NCBI GenBank assembly: GCA_000934665.2
Contig: KZ538790.1
Coordinates: forward strand, 1 to 47,853
DNA from: Catajapyx aquilonaris
Lineage: Eukaryota
Reading direction: 5' to 3'
Length of the DNA: 47,853 nucleotides
A program made the translations under genes and the position numbers. Shown here piece by piece: positions 1 through 12,883 of the stretch. The notes beneath the pieces are model-generated. The model was given only the letters and a program-made list of their open reading frames with translations. It was not told the origin of the DNA and searched no databases. Position 1 is the first letter of the stretch. Each line of letters starts with the position of its first letter.

Positions 1-2782
1 GGGGGATTATGCAATAACAAGTCAGTCTTATCTGGTGGGACTCGGGGCCACTCTGAGAGGTGTATAAGTTACTTCGTGGCAAGTTAAAAAAAGGAACATG
101 TGCAATATTCCAGTTTCATAAACACATGCAGTTATACATCCAGCCGAACAGAAATCTTATGTCACTCTTTGGGCACAAGGTAGCTATTAGTGCACATGTT
201 CTCATCTCTACTCCTATCAAGATCTAATATGTGTCATCTATCATAATAGGAACTTACATTGAAATATCTTGCGATGTTTCCAGTAGTCTTGGCATCTATT
301 ATAAAGGGCTTTCCAGTTTCCAAAAAGTTTCCTAACAGACACAAACTTGTCCCTCCTTGGTTGCTCTTCCTGTTCATCAGACTTGCTCTTGGCATCAAGC
401 GGTGCAGAGATGCTGAATGGTTCACCTGCAGCTTTAAAAATGAATATATTATGGAGTAAACCAAATATTCATCCAAAATTTTAAAACAAAGGCAAATGCA
501 TATAAGCTGGCACAGTATTTTCCAACAGCTATTTCTCTACAAAGCCCCAAATCTGAAAATTAAAAGCGATATATCCAAAAGCCATGCCTACTTTCTTGAG
601 TTTGTAACATATATGTATAATAACCACCAAGCATTGGAATAAGCATTGTTAGCAATAACCTTGCTTCTTGGACAAAATTATTATGTTCTGATACATAGGT
701 CAGGTGCAGTTTGCTAATAAAATAATGAAATAAATACCTTTATCTGAATTTGAGTTCCTGCCCTCAGAATCTCTTGAAGGGGAGTTTGAGCCATCCAAGT
801 CCTCCCTTACATCACTCTCATAATCTCTTGGCTCCCTCCGTCACTTCAATAAAATCCAATTCAGCCAGGTACTCATCACCATTGGTCATTCCATCCTTCT
901 GAGTGGAACTACGGTTTAGCCATCACAAATGATGGCAAAAAAGGGCCCAAATTTCCAAATCGTATGTTTACCTCATCTGCTCCTTCCTCTTGTCAGTAGC
1001 TGCCCAGCATAAATGCAAATAAATGCACCCTTGGAAATGTTGTGCAAGCAGCGCATCCCCCATCTCTGCATGATTGTCTTGAATACCAGCAACTGCACCT
1101 GCAGAGGATTCTGCACTACTCAGTACATGCAGGTTTTTCGACCGGCACTTGCCCTTACATTGCACTCATAGATAAGTCCCGACTCCTTCTGCAAGACGGC
1201 CATTATTATTATCACATCCGACATATATGGGTCTTTGATAGTGCCTGGGAGAGATGCTGCTTCCTGAATGGTGAGCTGCCAGCAAGCACACTTGTCCTTC
1301 AACTGATAGCCATCTGTGCAATTACATCCAACGAGAAATTCGTCATCTAGATTCAGGGGTACATTTGCTGCTGGTATGCGCTGGGTGGTGTACTCCATGA
1401 ACTCAGGGAAGCTACGATCAAGGCAGTTCACACATAACAGGCACATTCATCCTTGCCATAAGACTTGTCCTATAAAAGTACCGGTAGTAGATATTCAAGA
1501 AGTACAAGAAAGCACCCAAAATGTCTCCTCTTCATAAGTAACAGTCATTAAATCTAAAACTATTTCAAAATGGATGTTAGGTGTACCTTAATGTAGGAAA
1601 TGTTCTCAGGAGGATTAAACTGCTCCAGAGGGCAGACCCAGAATTCTGAGCAAAACCAGTCTATGCCCATAGTTGACTTGGTTAGCTGCAAGTAGAGATG
1701 AACTTCCTTTATGCTTCTTAGTCACCTGCCACAAGACGAGCTGCGATAGGCCTATATTATTTGGTAACTCCCCATTTGGTTCTTCACTAGTGCCCTGCAT
1801 GAAAAGGCATCCCATTGAACCAGAGGGAATAAGATAATGGAGTCATTGATAATCATTCGTTATGCGAACTAAAATGAAGAGATTATTACCACTACTACTA
1901 CTACTACAGACCCAAAAGGCTCTCTGAACCACTGTTAAAGATTTTGTATTGCATAATTGGTTGCTAACTGAAACTGAAAGTGATCAAAACTCTGTGCCCA
2001 GGAAGGTCTGTGAAACAATACATCATGGGCACAGGCAAGCTTTAATGCGCACTTACCGTTTCCAACCGCAGAGCATGGATACAGCCAAGGGATTACACTC
2101 CTTCATATAAGGATGACTTTCCCAGCATGATGGACCGCACATAATTATGTGAGTGGAATTTGGAATGAGGCTGTGGTGGGAATTCTATGCACTGCAATAA
2201 AAGAACAAGTAGCACTGTAAGATGTACGTAGATGTCATAAGAGAGCTTTGACTAAAATATTATCTCTTCATATGTACGCATCACAAGAGCAGTGTCACAG
2301 GGAGGATGCGGCCCAAACAGAACCTACAGGTCATAGGTTCGTGATAAATCAAGCGCAGTGGACTTAATGATCATGTAACGGCAATTTGCCCCATTTAATG
2401 CCCAACAAAACATATTACCTGATATATTACACACACATCTGCTTTTCAACACACTTAAGTTACTAAGACATATGCTTCGAATCCCCCTTCCTTTCCCCTG
2501 TTGCATTCAAGACATCAATCAAATAATATACTTCTTCACAATCAACGAATCAATCCATACATTACTCATTTGACCTTTGCAACAATAGACTCAAAAAATT
2601 ATGAACACTTGATAATGCAATAATGGGGGAGGATAGGTCGTACATACTCACTGAACATCACACTTAAGTGCATTCAACATTTCCCAAACACAAAGAATGT
2701 CTGATGATGAAACCATGGGAAGTATAGGACATACAATTTACTGAACCTCACACATGACGTGCGTTCAACCTACCCCTCAAAT

Positions 2783-3064
2783 AGGGCGACACGGTGGCGG
2801 TGTGGTTAGCGCCGCAGCCTTCCACCTCTAAGGTTCCGAGTTCGATCCCCGGGTCGGACGGAGGATTCTTATGTGGATAGAGTTTCGATGGGTTCTCTCC
2901 GTGTTCGCGTGGGTTTTCTCGGGGTTCTCCCGTTTCCTCCCACTATCAAAATCCATCACATTACAGGCAATGATTAAAGTCGGGTAAATAAAAGATGATC
3001 CCCTAAGAGGCCCAAGGAGGCCTAGCACGGGGTATCCATTATTATTAACTTATATTATTATTAT
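2783..3064 (+). mobile_element. tRNA-derived SINE with V-domain-like core (family A), full length
   Basis: A-box TGGCGGTGTGG, B-box GTTCGATCC, core GTTCTCTCCGTGTTCGCGTGGGTTTTCTCGGGGTTCTCCCGTTTCCTCCCAC, (ATT)n tail. 12-bp TSD TACCCCTCAAAT at 2771-2782 and 3065-3076. Confidence 0.85.
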
Positions 3065-5181
3065 TACCCCTCAAATCCCTCAACAATGAATCCGGAACCC
3101 CGGTTCAACAACACCACCAGCTAAGGGGACTCCCAAACCCAAATATAACACTGAATAACTTACTTATATGCCAGTATCAGCAATTCCTCTGGACACCCTC
3201 ACATCGTGAAGTTCAAAAAGGGAGTGAGTCCCACCACAAAAAGGGGCTGTTCAGGCAAGGTCAGCTAATTCGGTCTGCGTGGAGGGAAAGCATGGCCTCA
3301 TTGCCACATCGTCACATTCAACCAAGCATTCAACTGTGACAAGCAGTCTGCTGATTACCATGTGACAAGGTGACCAAGTGGAAGGTTTGCTGTAATTACT
3401 TGCAGAACTGAAGTAGTCATCAAAATTTACCTTAATAACTCCATTATGCTCCGCAAGAGATGGCTCCCAATTAGGCATGTCTGGTATGGTGTTCAAATGG
3501 GAAGGTCGGTGTTGTGTCCACTGGACATCATGTTATGCCTCTTTGCAGTGCTCTTCCTAGCCACAGGACCCTTGGCTGTATTCTTTTTTGCTTCTAGTGA
3601 CACCACTTGCACCTCATCATCACCTGGAATGTGTGATATTCATTGTTATAATTCAGCACAATTTGAGTTTTTAAAAATGGAAAAACATGGGTGCAACAGA
3701 TGGCATCAAGTTCCTGTGGGTGAAAGGGGGTCTGTCTCTCATAGTTTAACTGTTAAATTAATTGACATGCATTGCTTGATGGGATGCATCGTTTCAAAGC
3801 AACATTATTATCAGCTAACATTTTAAAATCAAACCTAAAAGTAACTCTGAGAAGTTAACTTAAGAAGCAGCAGTTCATTATGCAAAAATCACTGCTCACT
3901 ACAGGCACTTCAACAGAAACTCATCATTATGGAGAGAAAAAAACCCACAAATTTTCAGAAATTCAGTGTACTAATAAGCAACTTTGCAATAATTATTTTC
4001 TCGTGGCAGGAAGGCAGCTATCTATATAAAATGTCACATGTCCCAATAACACAATGAACATGATTATCTATACTCAAAACAATCCAAAATAATTTTAAAA
4101 TCTCATTCAAAAGTTAATAATATTGTTATGAAGCAACGATGGGGTATGTATGAGGTAACCGTCGCATTGAATCACCCAAGGCAGCAATATTCAACCAACG
4201 TTATGTGGGTGGCAGGCTTGATGGAAGGGTTCAATGATAATATTTTTAAGTGTCATGCTTTGGCCTACAAGAAAAACACCTGAATTAATCATATTCTTAG
4301 ATCACTGTACAAATCTAGTTAATGCCAGCAGTGGAGGATAATTTTTTTTTAATGGTATAACTTCATAAAAAACTATAAAGACAGATCCATGAAGTAACAA
4401 AGTATGAAGAGTGGAAATGATAAAGGGTCTAAGTGCCATATTTTTGAAGCTGAGAAAAAGCGATTTTTGTGTGTCCTATCCGTAATTATACTTTCTTGGT
4501 GATAATTACTTGGCAGATGCAACATGCAATCAATGCACTTGGCCAGATGCAATAGTAGTGAACATATACCACAGCTTTATAATAAAAATTGAAAACCAAA
4601 TGTGAGGAAAAAAGAAAGTGCCAGAATCTCACACTAACATTATTACCACATGAATATGGGTATTTGTGTGGCAGTTATGGTTGCCCATATCCATTACAGG
4701 CTACAAAATTAATGTGTTCATGATTGTAAGGGTTAACTAGGAGAAAAGGTTCAAATAATAAACAGACCCCAAAATACAATATTTTAAACAACTTCTGTAT
4801 TGCTTATTCGCTTGGCACCTCGGACATGAAAAGAAACAAAACCCAACAAAAATGAAATACACTGTAATCCCAATTATCAGGTGTTGCCGGATAATCAAAA
4901 ATCACAGATAATCAGAAAATGGGCGTAGATACCGTAAAATGAGCTATTCACAGGTTTTAATGTACTATTGTATGACAGTGTATATTGATTTAACTAAGGT
5001 TTAATCAAAATTTAAAACTTAGCATATTTTTTATTTTATTTTCTAAAAAAGTATGTTATTTGTTAGCGAGACATATTGACATTTTTTCGAACTTTAATTT
5101 TTAATTGAATATTTACTTTGATCACATTTCTATCTACAACAGAAATTATTATAATTAGAAAAATAATTACATATGTATGTA

Positions 5182-5324
5182 CTATCGGGTTCAAATACTT
5201 TTGGGCCACTTTATCCTGGTCTTGAAGCCACACTTCGCACAGACCCCACGTTAAGGAGGTGTGTGTGTTTGAAGGGTTGCTTCAAGACCAGGATAAAGTG
5301 GCCAAAAGTATTTGAACCCGATAG
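5182..5324. mobile_element. Tc1/mariner-type MITE
   Basis: ~48-bp near-perfect TIRs (CTATCGGGTTCAAATACTTTTGG...CCAAAAGTATTTGAACCCGATAG) flanked by TA on both sides. Confidence 0.8.
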
Positions 5325-6659
5325 TACATAATTATGTAGTACACACTACATGTATGCATGAAAAAAGCTGCAAATTTTTACTCGTGTACAAAGTGTACCC
5401 AATTCAACATTTTTCTTTGTCAAAAATTCTGCAACTGTTTTGCACTTTACCACACGGAATAAGAGGTGTTGAGATATGAAAGTTGTTTTGTATTGCTATC
5501 AATGCCACTTTTTATATCAAAATAGACCCAATGTATTGCATGCAATGCAGTCCTCTAACTCAACAATGGTACAGAATTTTGAAATGTGTATGACAGGTTT
5601 TTGTTCAGAGTACGAAACTACACCTAGACACAAAAGCTTGTATGTTGAATAGAACTCTTTCGGGTCTGATGAGGCTATTTTTGGGGAATTCCTGCCATCA
5701 AATGAGCCATCTGGGGCATTTGGAGGTTTCGAATTAGTATTAGCCTTGGCCCACAGAGCTCTTTTAGTGCATAATCTTTTTAAAAAATTGCCACTTAGGC
5801 CCTTTATCATTTCCACTCTTCAATTACTGATGTAAAAAAATCCTTACACATATATCAAGATTTTTACTAAATAAACTGGCCCATTTTTGAAAAATGTGAT
5901 TGCATCCATGTGGTTTCAATGCTGTGTATGAGGGTTATGAACTATTAATGTGCTGTGTCTAATTTACCTTCCTGATCATCTTCTGAATCATCTGAGACCA
6001 GCAGAACCACTTTTGGTATGTAAATGCCAACTTTTTCATTTAGGATTGGTCGATGAGCTTCCATGACCTCAGTCAGGATCTGTACGAAAAAAGGAAAAAA
6101 TTTTACATGATACACTGCCTTATATTAAAATATGACATGTTATTGACAATGACACCTACAAATCAAAATATTAAAATATGACTGAAGTACAACAAGCAAT
6201 TTCTGGATGTGGCTCTTCTGATTGGCTAGTAGCCAAATGAAAAGGTATGCAGCACATTTGCAAACTATGACAATAATTAATTTGGTCTTCACACTGGAAC
6301 AACCATTTGTACTCACCTTAGTGAACTGCAGTGCAGATGACAAACAAGCTTCACAGATCTTGGCCACAATGTGTGGTTGGTACTGAATCCTGTAATGCCT
6401 GCCTTGCCTTGGAGTGCATGTCTTGGAGAAACTTTCAACTTGGAGGTGACCCCACAGTCAGAATTGCAGCATTTCTTCCCAAGACTATCCTCCTCTTGTT
6501 CACTGGCTTCTTGGTAACTTCAATGACCTCTAGGTCATCATCATCAACTATTTTGGCAGCAGTCAGCATACCGCTTAGCATGCTGCTGGGTTCAGGTGCA
6601 TCAATCTTACTACCCATAATTTCATTGATTGTTGCTAAAGCTGACTTGAAAGGGGTTAA

Positions 6660-6784
6660 CCACTTCGGTACTCCGGTGTACATCTGCAGTGGTACTCCAA
6701 GGTACTCCTTAGGTACCTTACTCTTTGGTACTCCTTGGTACTCCTTGAATTTGGTACTCCAGTGTACACTTTACAGTCGAGTGG
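6660..6784. mobile_element. 125-bp TTAA-flanked MITE (piggyBac-like) with GGTACTCC subterminal repeats
   Basis: TTAA at 6656-6659 and 6785-6788; termini CCACT...AGTGG; repeated GGTACTCC units. The same two ends recur at 9779 and 12790. Confidence 0.72.
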
Positions 6785-8063
6785 TTAACCCTTTGCAGAG
6801 TTACCTACATATTCATCCTCCAAGTCAATAGCAGTAGTTTCGTTGTCCCCTTCCAACGTCCATATTTGCCTTCCGTCACACCAGAACAGGACCAAGTCTC
6901 CTCGAGGGGTATGAAACGACGGCGGTGCGATGAGACCAAGGGGACGCCGAGTATACGTACCCGTCAAGTACCCGTGTACGTACCATACAAACGGCGCAGC
7001 GTTGACAGATGGTTGGCACACTAACCAGTCTAGGAGTCTGTTCCGTTAATTTGACGTGATTTAATGTTAAATTAATATGTAGGTACGGTAATTGTAAAAA
7101 TACTGCAGCATGTGGAAGACGTTTCGATCAAGCTGCAATTTTTAGGTTATAACTATTGTAACCACTTAAGGAACTGCTAGTCTGTTAGCAGCATAATAGC
7201 AGCTTCCTGGATATCACACAGCCTGACAGCCAATCCCTATACCGGAGACACCACCCGAATCGGACCAATGAGAGAGTCCGTTGCAACCTATCGAGCCCCA
7301 TTTCTGTCAGCCATTGTGCTTTTCTTCTCGTTCGTTCCATATTCCAAGGCACCCAAGCAAGAATCCAAGGCGATCCCAGGTATGTTTGATATTTCATTGC
7401 TGGTCAGAAGTCTCAGGACAATATCAAGAAGAGCTGAATATACCATAAGTGACCAGGTGTGCATCAGAGAAGAAACAGTGCAGTTGTGCAGAGCTGAGTT
7501 GGTTTCATGGGCCCGATGAATCAGGCATGAAAATAATAAGTTTTTGACACCTTAGAATTCATATCTGGTGTTGAATGCATGCGGTGTAGGGTTACAGTGT
7601 TTCATGCGTTGGCTACAGTCGAGTATGTTCTACCTCAAAAAAATTTGATATATGGCTGCATTATATGCAAGAACTTACATCATCATATCCTTCAGATTGG
7701 GTTTCAATTATTATTGACTGGGGCAATTTTTTGTGATCCGTTTTTAGTTCCAAATCTCTCAAGTCCTCTGAATTTTTGACTTCAATAACGGGTCTTCCAC
7801 TTCAAATCACCACAATGATTCTGGCTGACATTTTCAGATCTTGATGAAACTTGGTGTATCAAGATTAGTGTCCTTAGATAGTTGTTATGAATGGACACCA
7901 TAAGAAAAAATTAATCTTCCGTTCAAAAGTTATTAAATATTAATTATTCGAATTTTTATTAAATTTGTTGCGTCTTGAAATAGTTAAGTAGGCCTACTAT
8001 TGTCTCAGGAACCAGATGTCGCTTGATGTGGATGTTCTGTTTCTCTTGGACTGGATCACTATG

Positions 8064-9696
8064 GGCTAATTCCATGCAAAAGTATACATCAGGATCCGAT
8101 TTTAAATTAAATAATTTAATGGTATTTTTTGAAAAGCTGAGATTGTGTATTTGTTTATTTTTGAACAGTTGTTAGAGAATTGTCACATACATTCAAGTAA
8201 CAACACTGTTTATTTCCAATATGGCGGTTGTGCGGTTTGTTCTAAGGCTCCATAAAAATCTTCATAATTCAACAAGCTAGTGTTTTTCATGCAGTAAACT
8301 GTGATTTCTATCACATAAGAACTGGATGAATGTACTGTACTATAATAGGGCTATATTTATATTTCCATTTCAATGACTTATTCAGCATAAAAATTAGCCA
8401 GTTTAAATACCATCTTTGCGTGTCATGTAAGTCACAATTTTTAGACCTTTTAAAATCTTTTAGCTGTAGTACCAAAATCTAAATCTAATCACTACACAGT
8501 AGTACCCTTCAAATAATAATAAAAATTGTGAGGTAATTTTTGTATGAACATTGTTATAGCCATTTCATTTTTGTCGTGTAAGTCACGATTCCACTTGGAT
8601 GCCACTGTCACTATTGTTTCCTGGCTGGTAAAATGGCACTTACAGTAGTGGGATGGAAGATAATGTCATAGTTAAAGCAAGAAGGGAAGTAAGAGCTGTC
8701 CTAGATAAGTGCATTGGAAAGGCAAAAAGAAGTGTGTATTAAAAAAAAAAAAAAACAGTGACTTTTAGTGATCGAGAGAAGCGTTGAAGGTAAAATGTAG
8801 AGTTTTAGAAGCCATCAATGCCAGATAGTTTGATCCAAACACAGCTGGAGAATTTGCAGAAGTTGCCAATAGAGTTTATCCAAATATTAATATTATATTC
8901 ATTGAATCAAAGGATATTGAAAGAAGAATAGCTACGCTTGATGAAATGTGAACTCCTAGCTACATACATTGTAGTAGCCTACATACACATTCTGCCTTCG
9001 TGCTGGCATTATATCCCATTACAGGGTGGCCAGCGATGACCATCAGGTATCACACCTGGCCATGTCACATGGCAATACAATGAATCCACTGCTGTCTGCT
9101 CAGGTAGTTCAAATGTTAATTATAAGAATTGTTGCACTGCACATTCTCATGCAGGCCTATCACTTAAATGTAAAATAACATGCAATAAGAGAGATTACTC
9201 TGTTTCTGTCCTAAAAATCTAAAATTCTTTTCATAAATCTCATCAGAAAGCAATGAGGACAAAAGTGTCGTGTAAGTCACGTTTCGAGTGTCATGTAAGT
9301 CACAAAAGAAAGAATTTATTTCTTGCAAAATTAATAACATACCACCACGTTCACATAATAATATTTTAATTAGGGTCTTTGAAAATAATAAAATATCCTC
9401 CCTATAATAACACTAACATTTAAGTCATAAATGTGAAGAATTTTACATTCATATCTGAAGCCTCTGTTACCAGTGGCTTTCTTGTCGTGTAAGTCACACA
9501 TTCCTTTATATATTTATATAACTCAAATGAAATGTGCAACTGTTAAAATCAAAACATTAATTAACACTTAGATACAAGGTGCATATTTATGTTTAAACAC
9601 CCTTTCCTTAAGTGCTAAGTTTGTAAGTTAGGCATAAACTGAGTGTCATCAAGGTGTCATGTACTCATGTAGTGTAAGTCACGCGTGGAATTAGCC
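8064..9696. mobile_element. Non-autonomous DNA transposon with 4-bp TSD (possibly Sola-like)
   Basis: TIR GGCTAATTCCA(T/C)GC / GCGTGGAATTAGCC; TATG on both flanks (8060-8063, 9697-9700). Six internal GT(C/G)..TGTAAGTCAC-type motifs. Broken peptide TAGEFAEVANRVYPNINIIFIESKDIE at ~8840-8920, possibly a transposase remnant. Confidence 0.7.
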
Positions 9697-10582
9697 TATG
9701 AAGTTGTCCTCACGTTATGAGGTTTTTCTGGGGGCACTACTCCTTGGTTTCGTGATATTTTGCCCAGCAAAGAGTTAACCACTCGACTGTAAAGTGTAGA
9801 CTGGAGTACCAAATTCAAGGAGTACCAAGGAGTACCTGGGATTACCAAGGAATACCTCGGAGTACCAAGGAATGGCCTACACCTACCCGGGAGCATCAAT
9901 GAACCCCTTAGGGCTCTTTCAGTTTATATTTAGCTACGTAGGCTATATGCATTAGCATACCGAATATCAGAACTACATACAAGTTGCATATTGTGGCGGT
10001 GAAAAGCTGCCTGCCTACTTCCCACGCGTGACGTCATCTGGCGGACCAGGCAGGCGCGGGGAATATGAATATATTTACAGGCAGTTAAATCAAGATCTAA
10101 TAATAATTAGCTCTTGGTTAAATGTAGTGTTGGCAAAAACACAGGCTGGAAGTGAGCCGGGACCAGCCTTTCGAGTCTGCTATAATCGAGATCTGTTATA
10201 TCCGAGGCTGCTATGTCCGGATTAAACCTTATTGTTGTTGTTGTTGTTGTTGTTAGTTGATGTTGCTATTGCTATTGCTATACTGTTATACCTACACAAA
10301 AGTAGTTATGCAATTAAGTCAGACCTCTACTTGTATACCAGAGTCGGACCCCCAGCACTTTTCACCTACTATTATTACATAGGCTAATTCTCGTCGTTCA
10401 TTTTAGGTGATAAAATAATGATGATAGAAGTAGAGCGCGAATATCCTGGTCCCACTGACTATTTTGCCATTTACAATCTCAGAGATCATAAAAACATCAA
10501 TAGTGAATGTTTTGATAACACTAAGCAACAAAAATCAACTTTTTTCTGTCCATAGAAATTCATCGCTCTTTCCATGTTACGT

Positions 10583-10583
<1 letters not shown>

Positions 10584-10667
<84 letters not shown>

Positions 10668-10689
10668 TAATAATAATAACAACAACAAC

Positions 10690-10764
<75 letters not shown>
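10584..10764. repeat. (AAT)n microsatellite, about 60 units with a few AAC
   Basis: Directly visible; probably the expanded tail of the adjacent minus-strand SINE. Confidence 0.97.
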
Positions 10765-10765
<1 letters not shown>

Positions 10766-11258
10766 GCAGCAGCAGCATCACGGCCCATCATGGTCCAGAT
10801 GAACTGGGGAATGATGACTGTTGACAACTTGTAGCCTACGAGTGTAAATGCACTGACATTGTGCGACATTCGGGGGAAACGACCTATCGTAACTAAGCTG
10901 GAGATACTGTACCACAACTCCAGACGAAATGAAGAGTCCAGGGGAATGTCACACAAAAAATCTCCATAAGAAATCGAAGAAATGGCTTTATTTCTTCACG
11001 TGTCTAAAGAATAATAGGGATATCTTCACGTCATTATATGCAACTGTCCCCCTTGTACCCATGGAAAGACTCCAGGTATAAGTGTCACCTGCGCTACTAT
11101 TGTACTGTGCACTTGGCAGGAACCCCAATGGGATTTGACATTCCCCCTTTTTCCCCTGGACTCTTCAAATGTAAAGGGTTACCGGGGTTGGGATCGAATC
11201 CGGGACCATTACTTCCGCGGATGAACATGTTACCGACTGCTTCACTCCGCCTTCCCCA
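10765..11258 (-). mobile_element. Probable tRNA-derived SINE (family C)
   Basis: Minus-strand head GGGGAAGGCGGAGTGAAGCAGTCGGTAAC...CCGGATTCGATCCC (A/B-box-like), ~500-bp body, ending in (GCT)n(ATT)n. Confidence 0.5.
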
Positions 11259-11503
11259 AATATGAAAATAATATTATTTTATTCGCGACATTTCAGTCAA
11301 AACAGTCGTCTAAAAATAGCTGAAAGCTGCTATTTTGCTTCCGAAGGCAATATAACTTACACTTGAGATATTAGTCTAAGGGGAACTGATTTAGATAAAA
11401 ATAATATATTCAGTCATTTCGATTCATCCCGCCTCCTCCAGCCCTCCCCAGCCCCCCTTGATCTCCCTTTCTCTTTATGCAAAAAAGAAACTGGTTAATT
11501 ATA

Positions 11504-12469
11504 CAGGGTGTCCATATAATGAGCCTCCCTATAGTTTCAAAGAGCGGTAAAAAATTGAAATGCAGAGGTAGTATTTAAGGTTTTTGTTGTTTAAACAGTC
11601 TGGAGACTCAACAAGTTTCATACTGAATTTTTGGAATGGTCTACGATTGTGATGCGGTGGTGCTCCTGTGGGGGATGCTGTTGGAAGATGCAAACATAGT
11701 ATCTACAGAGGGAAAAACACAAGTTGTGTGGTGGTTAGCCGAGCTGAAGTCGATCACTCAGAAGTGCTGGCCATGCTTAAAATTGTGCCTTTCCACAACT
11801 CCAAGACAGAGAGTATGCAACTCAAGTGGTCAGCCCAAATATTAAAGAGTTTCAGGGGACCCGTTATCCGACACGTAACGAATCACGAACGAATCGTAAC
11901 TCCGCCCCGCCTGCAAGCGTATCGTTTGACACGGTAGGAGTGTTTCAGGTGTCAGGTGAGCTAGTACGCTACCAACCCTTGTACGCTACCAACCCTTGCA
12001 CTGTTAGTCCTGCACCCACATGCGGCGACGTGCACACCGACTGGTCTAGGTTAAGGTGGTAGCAGTGGGATGGTTTCCGTCATCGTCATGGGTACCGTCT
12101 AACGCTATCAACCCGCTCGTATCGGGATGCGAAACGTAGGGAGTGGGTGGACAATAGCGGGAGGGACTGTCGGTCCAATCACCGCTTCGGTTATGCTTCT
12201 TCGTTTCGTAACATACGATAAGGCGCACTGAAACTCTCTAATGACATGTCCTCCATCACCCCTGACATGAGGGAGAGAACCTCGGAGGAGGGAGATTATC
12301 GGCTTAAAATAGTGATTGTACTAAAGGAGCACACGTGGAAGGCTACTGATTTTTTTATACATAAACTTGATGAGTGTTCCTTCGCATGTGTACAATTTCG
12401 ACACCATGGTCCAGTAACTTACGTAATGGTAGCATGTTGAAACTAGGGAGGTTCATTGTGGACACCATG
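11504..12469 (+). mobile_element. Internally deleted Tc1/mariner element
   Basis: TA|CAGGGTGTCCATATAATGAGCCTCCCTATAGTTTCAA ... TTGAAACTAGGGAGGTTCATTGTGGACACCATG|TA. N-terminal transposase-like remnant STEGKTQVVWWLAELKSITQ. Confidence 0.72.
11845..12238. mobile_element. GC-rich MITE nested in the mariner element
   Basis: Imperfect TIRs AAGAGTTTCAGGGGACCCGTTATC / GATAAGGCGCACTGAAACTCTC with TA on both sides. Confidence 0.5.
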
Positions 12470-12883
12470 TACAGTACATGTGCTCATAGATTAATGCATC
12501 GTTTACATCTTATAGCTTATAGCTTTTTGTAACTGAATGACAAGAAAAACATTTTATTTAAAGCCTATGAATATACGTGGAAGATGTATGATACGCAACT
12601 CAGAGTCCTTGTACTGCCCCAGCACCTCATACTCGGACCCCAAGCTTGAGATTGGAAGCCCGATATGAGAGGGAAAAGCTAATGAAGTTTAGAGCGTTTC
12701 TTTATTGTCTGGGAGCACCAAGGAGTACTAGGGAGTACCAAAGGGTACCTGGGAGTACCACTACATGTGTACACCGGAGTACTGAAGTGGTTAATCCCTT
12801 GGAAATGTAGTTCTGCTGCAGCTGGCATGGTTGGGATGCTGCTTGACATCATAGCATGACCTGAAGTCTCTTATTTCAGGACC

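Larger units (their letters stand above)
258..6863 (-). pseudogene. SETDB1: SETDB1/eggless-like histone H3K9 methyltransferase, unprocessed (intron-retaining) pseudogene; last exon(s) not seen in the window
   Basis: Collinear minus-strand exon remnants, mostly with GT-AG ends: ~6804-6863 (start); ~6317-6646 (CCNSDC...KICEAC Cys motif); 5968-6079; ~3165-3623 (VARKST); 2057-2191 (CGPSC...NPLAVSMLCGWKR, MBD entry); 972-1469 (pre-SET CNCTD..KDKCACWQLT, IYECN, SET start WGMRCL..ISKGAFIYIYAGQLL); 738-898 (GDEYLAELDFIEV..YESDV); 258-425 (SVRKLFG..PFIIDAKTTGNIARYFN). Frameshifts near 315, 828, 1440 and 2140 and an in-frame TGA near 1120. Confidence 0.88.
9779..12790. mobile_element. TTAA-flanked element of the same family as the 6660-6784 MITE, in opposite orientation and inflated by nested insertions
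   Basis: Left end TTAA|CCACTCGACTGTAAAGTG followed by GGAGTACCAA repeats. Right end GGAGTACC repeats followed by TGTACACCGGAGTACTGAAGTGG|TTAA. Each end matches the reverse complement of one end of 6660-6784. Confidence 0.68.

Noticed and set aside
2783..2860. tRNA gene (also at 15000 and 22840)
   Set aside because: The A/B boxes continue into SINE bodies; the 2783 and 14997 copies also have tails and TSDs, and I could not build a proper cloverleaf.
5517..5816. Possible SETDB1 Tudor exon
   Set aside because: Its start (AGAGTGGAAATGATAAAGGG.CTAAGTG) recurs inverted at ~4408, suggesting repeat DNA, and there is no convincing Tudor motif.
10486..10956. Poly-Ile and poly-Leu ORFs
   Set aside because: Translations of the (AAT)n microsatellite.
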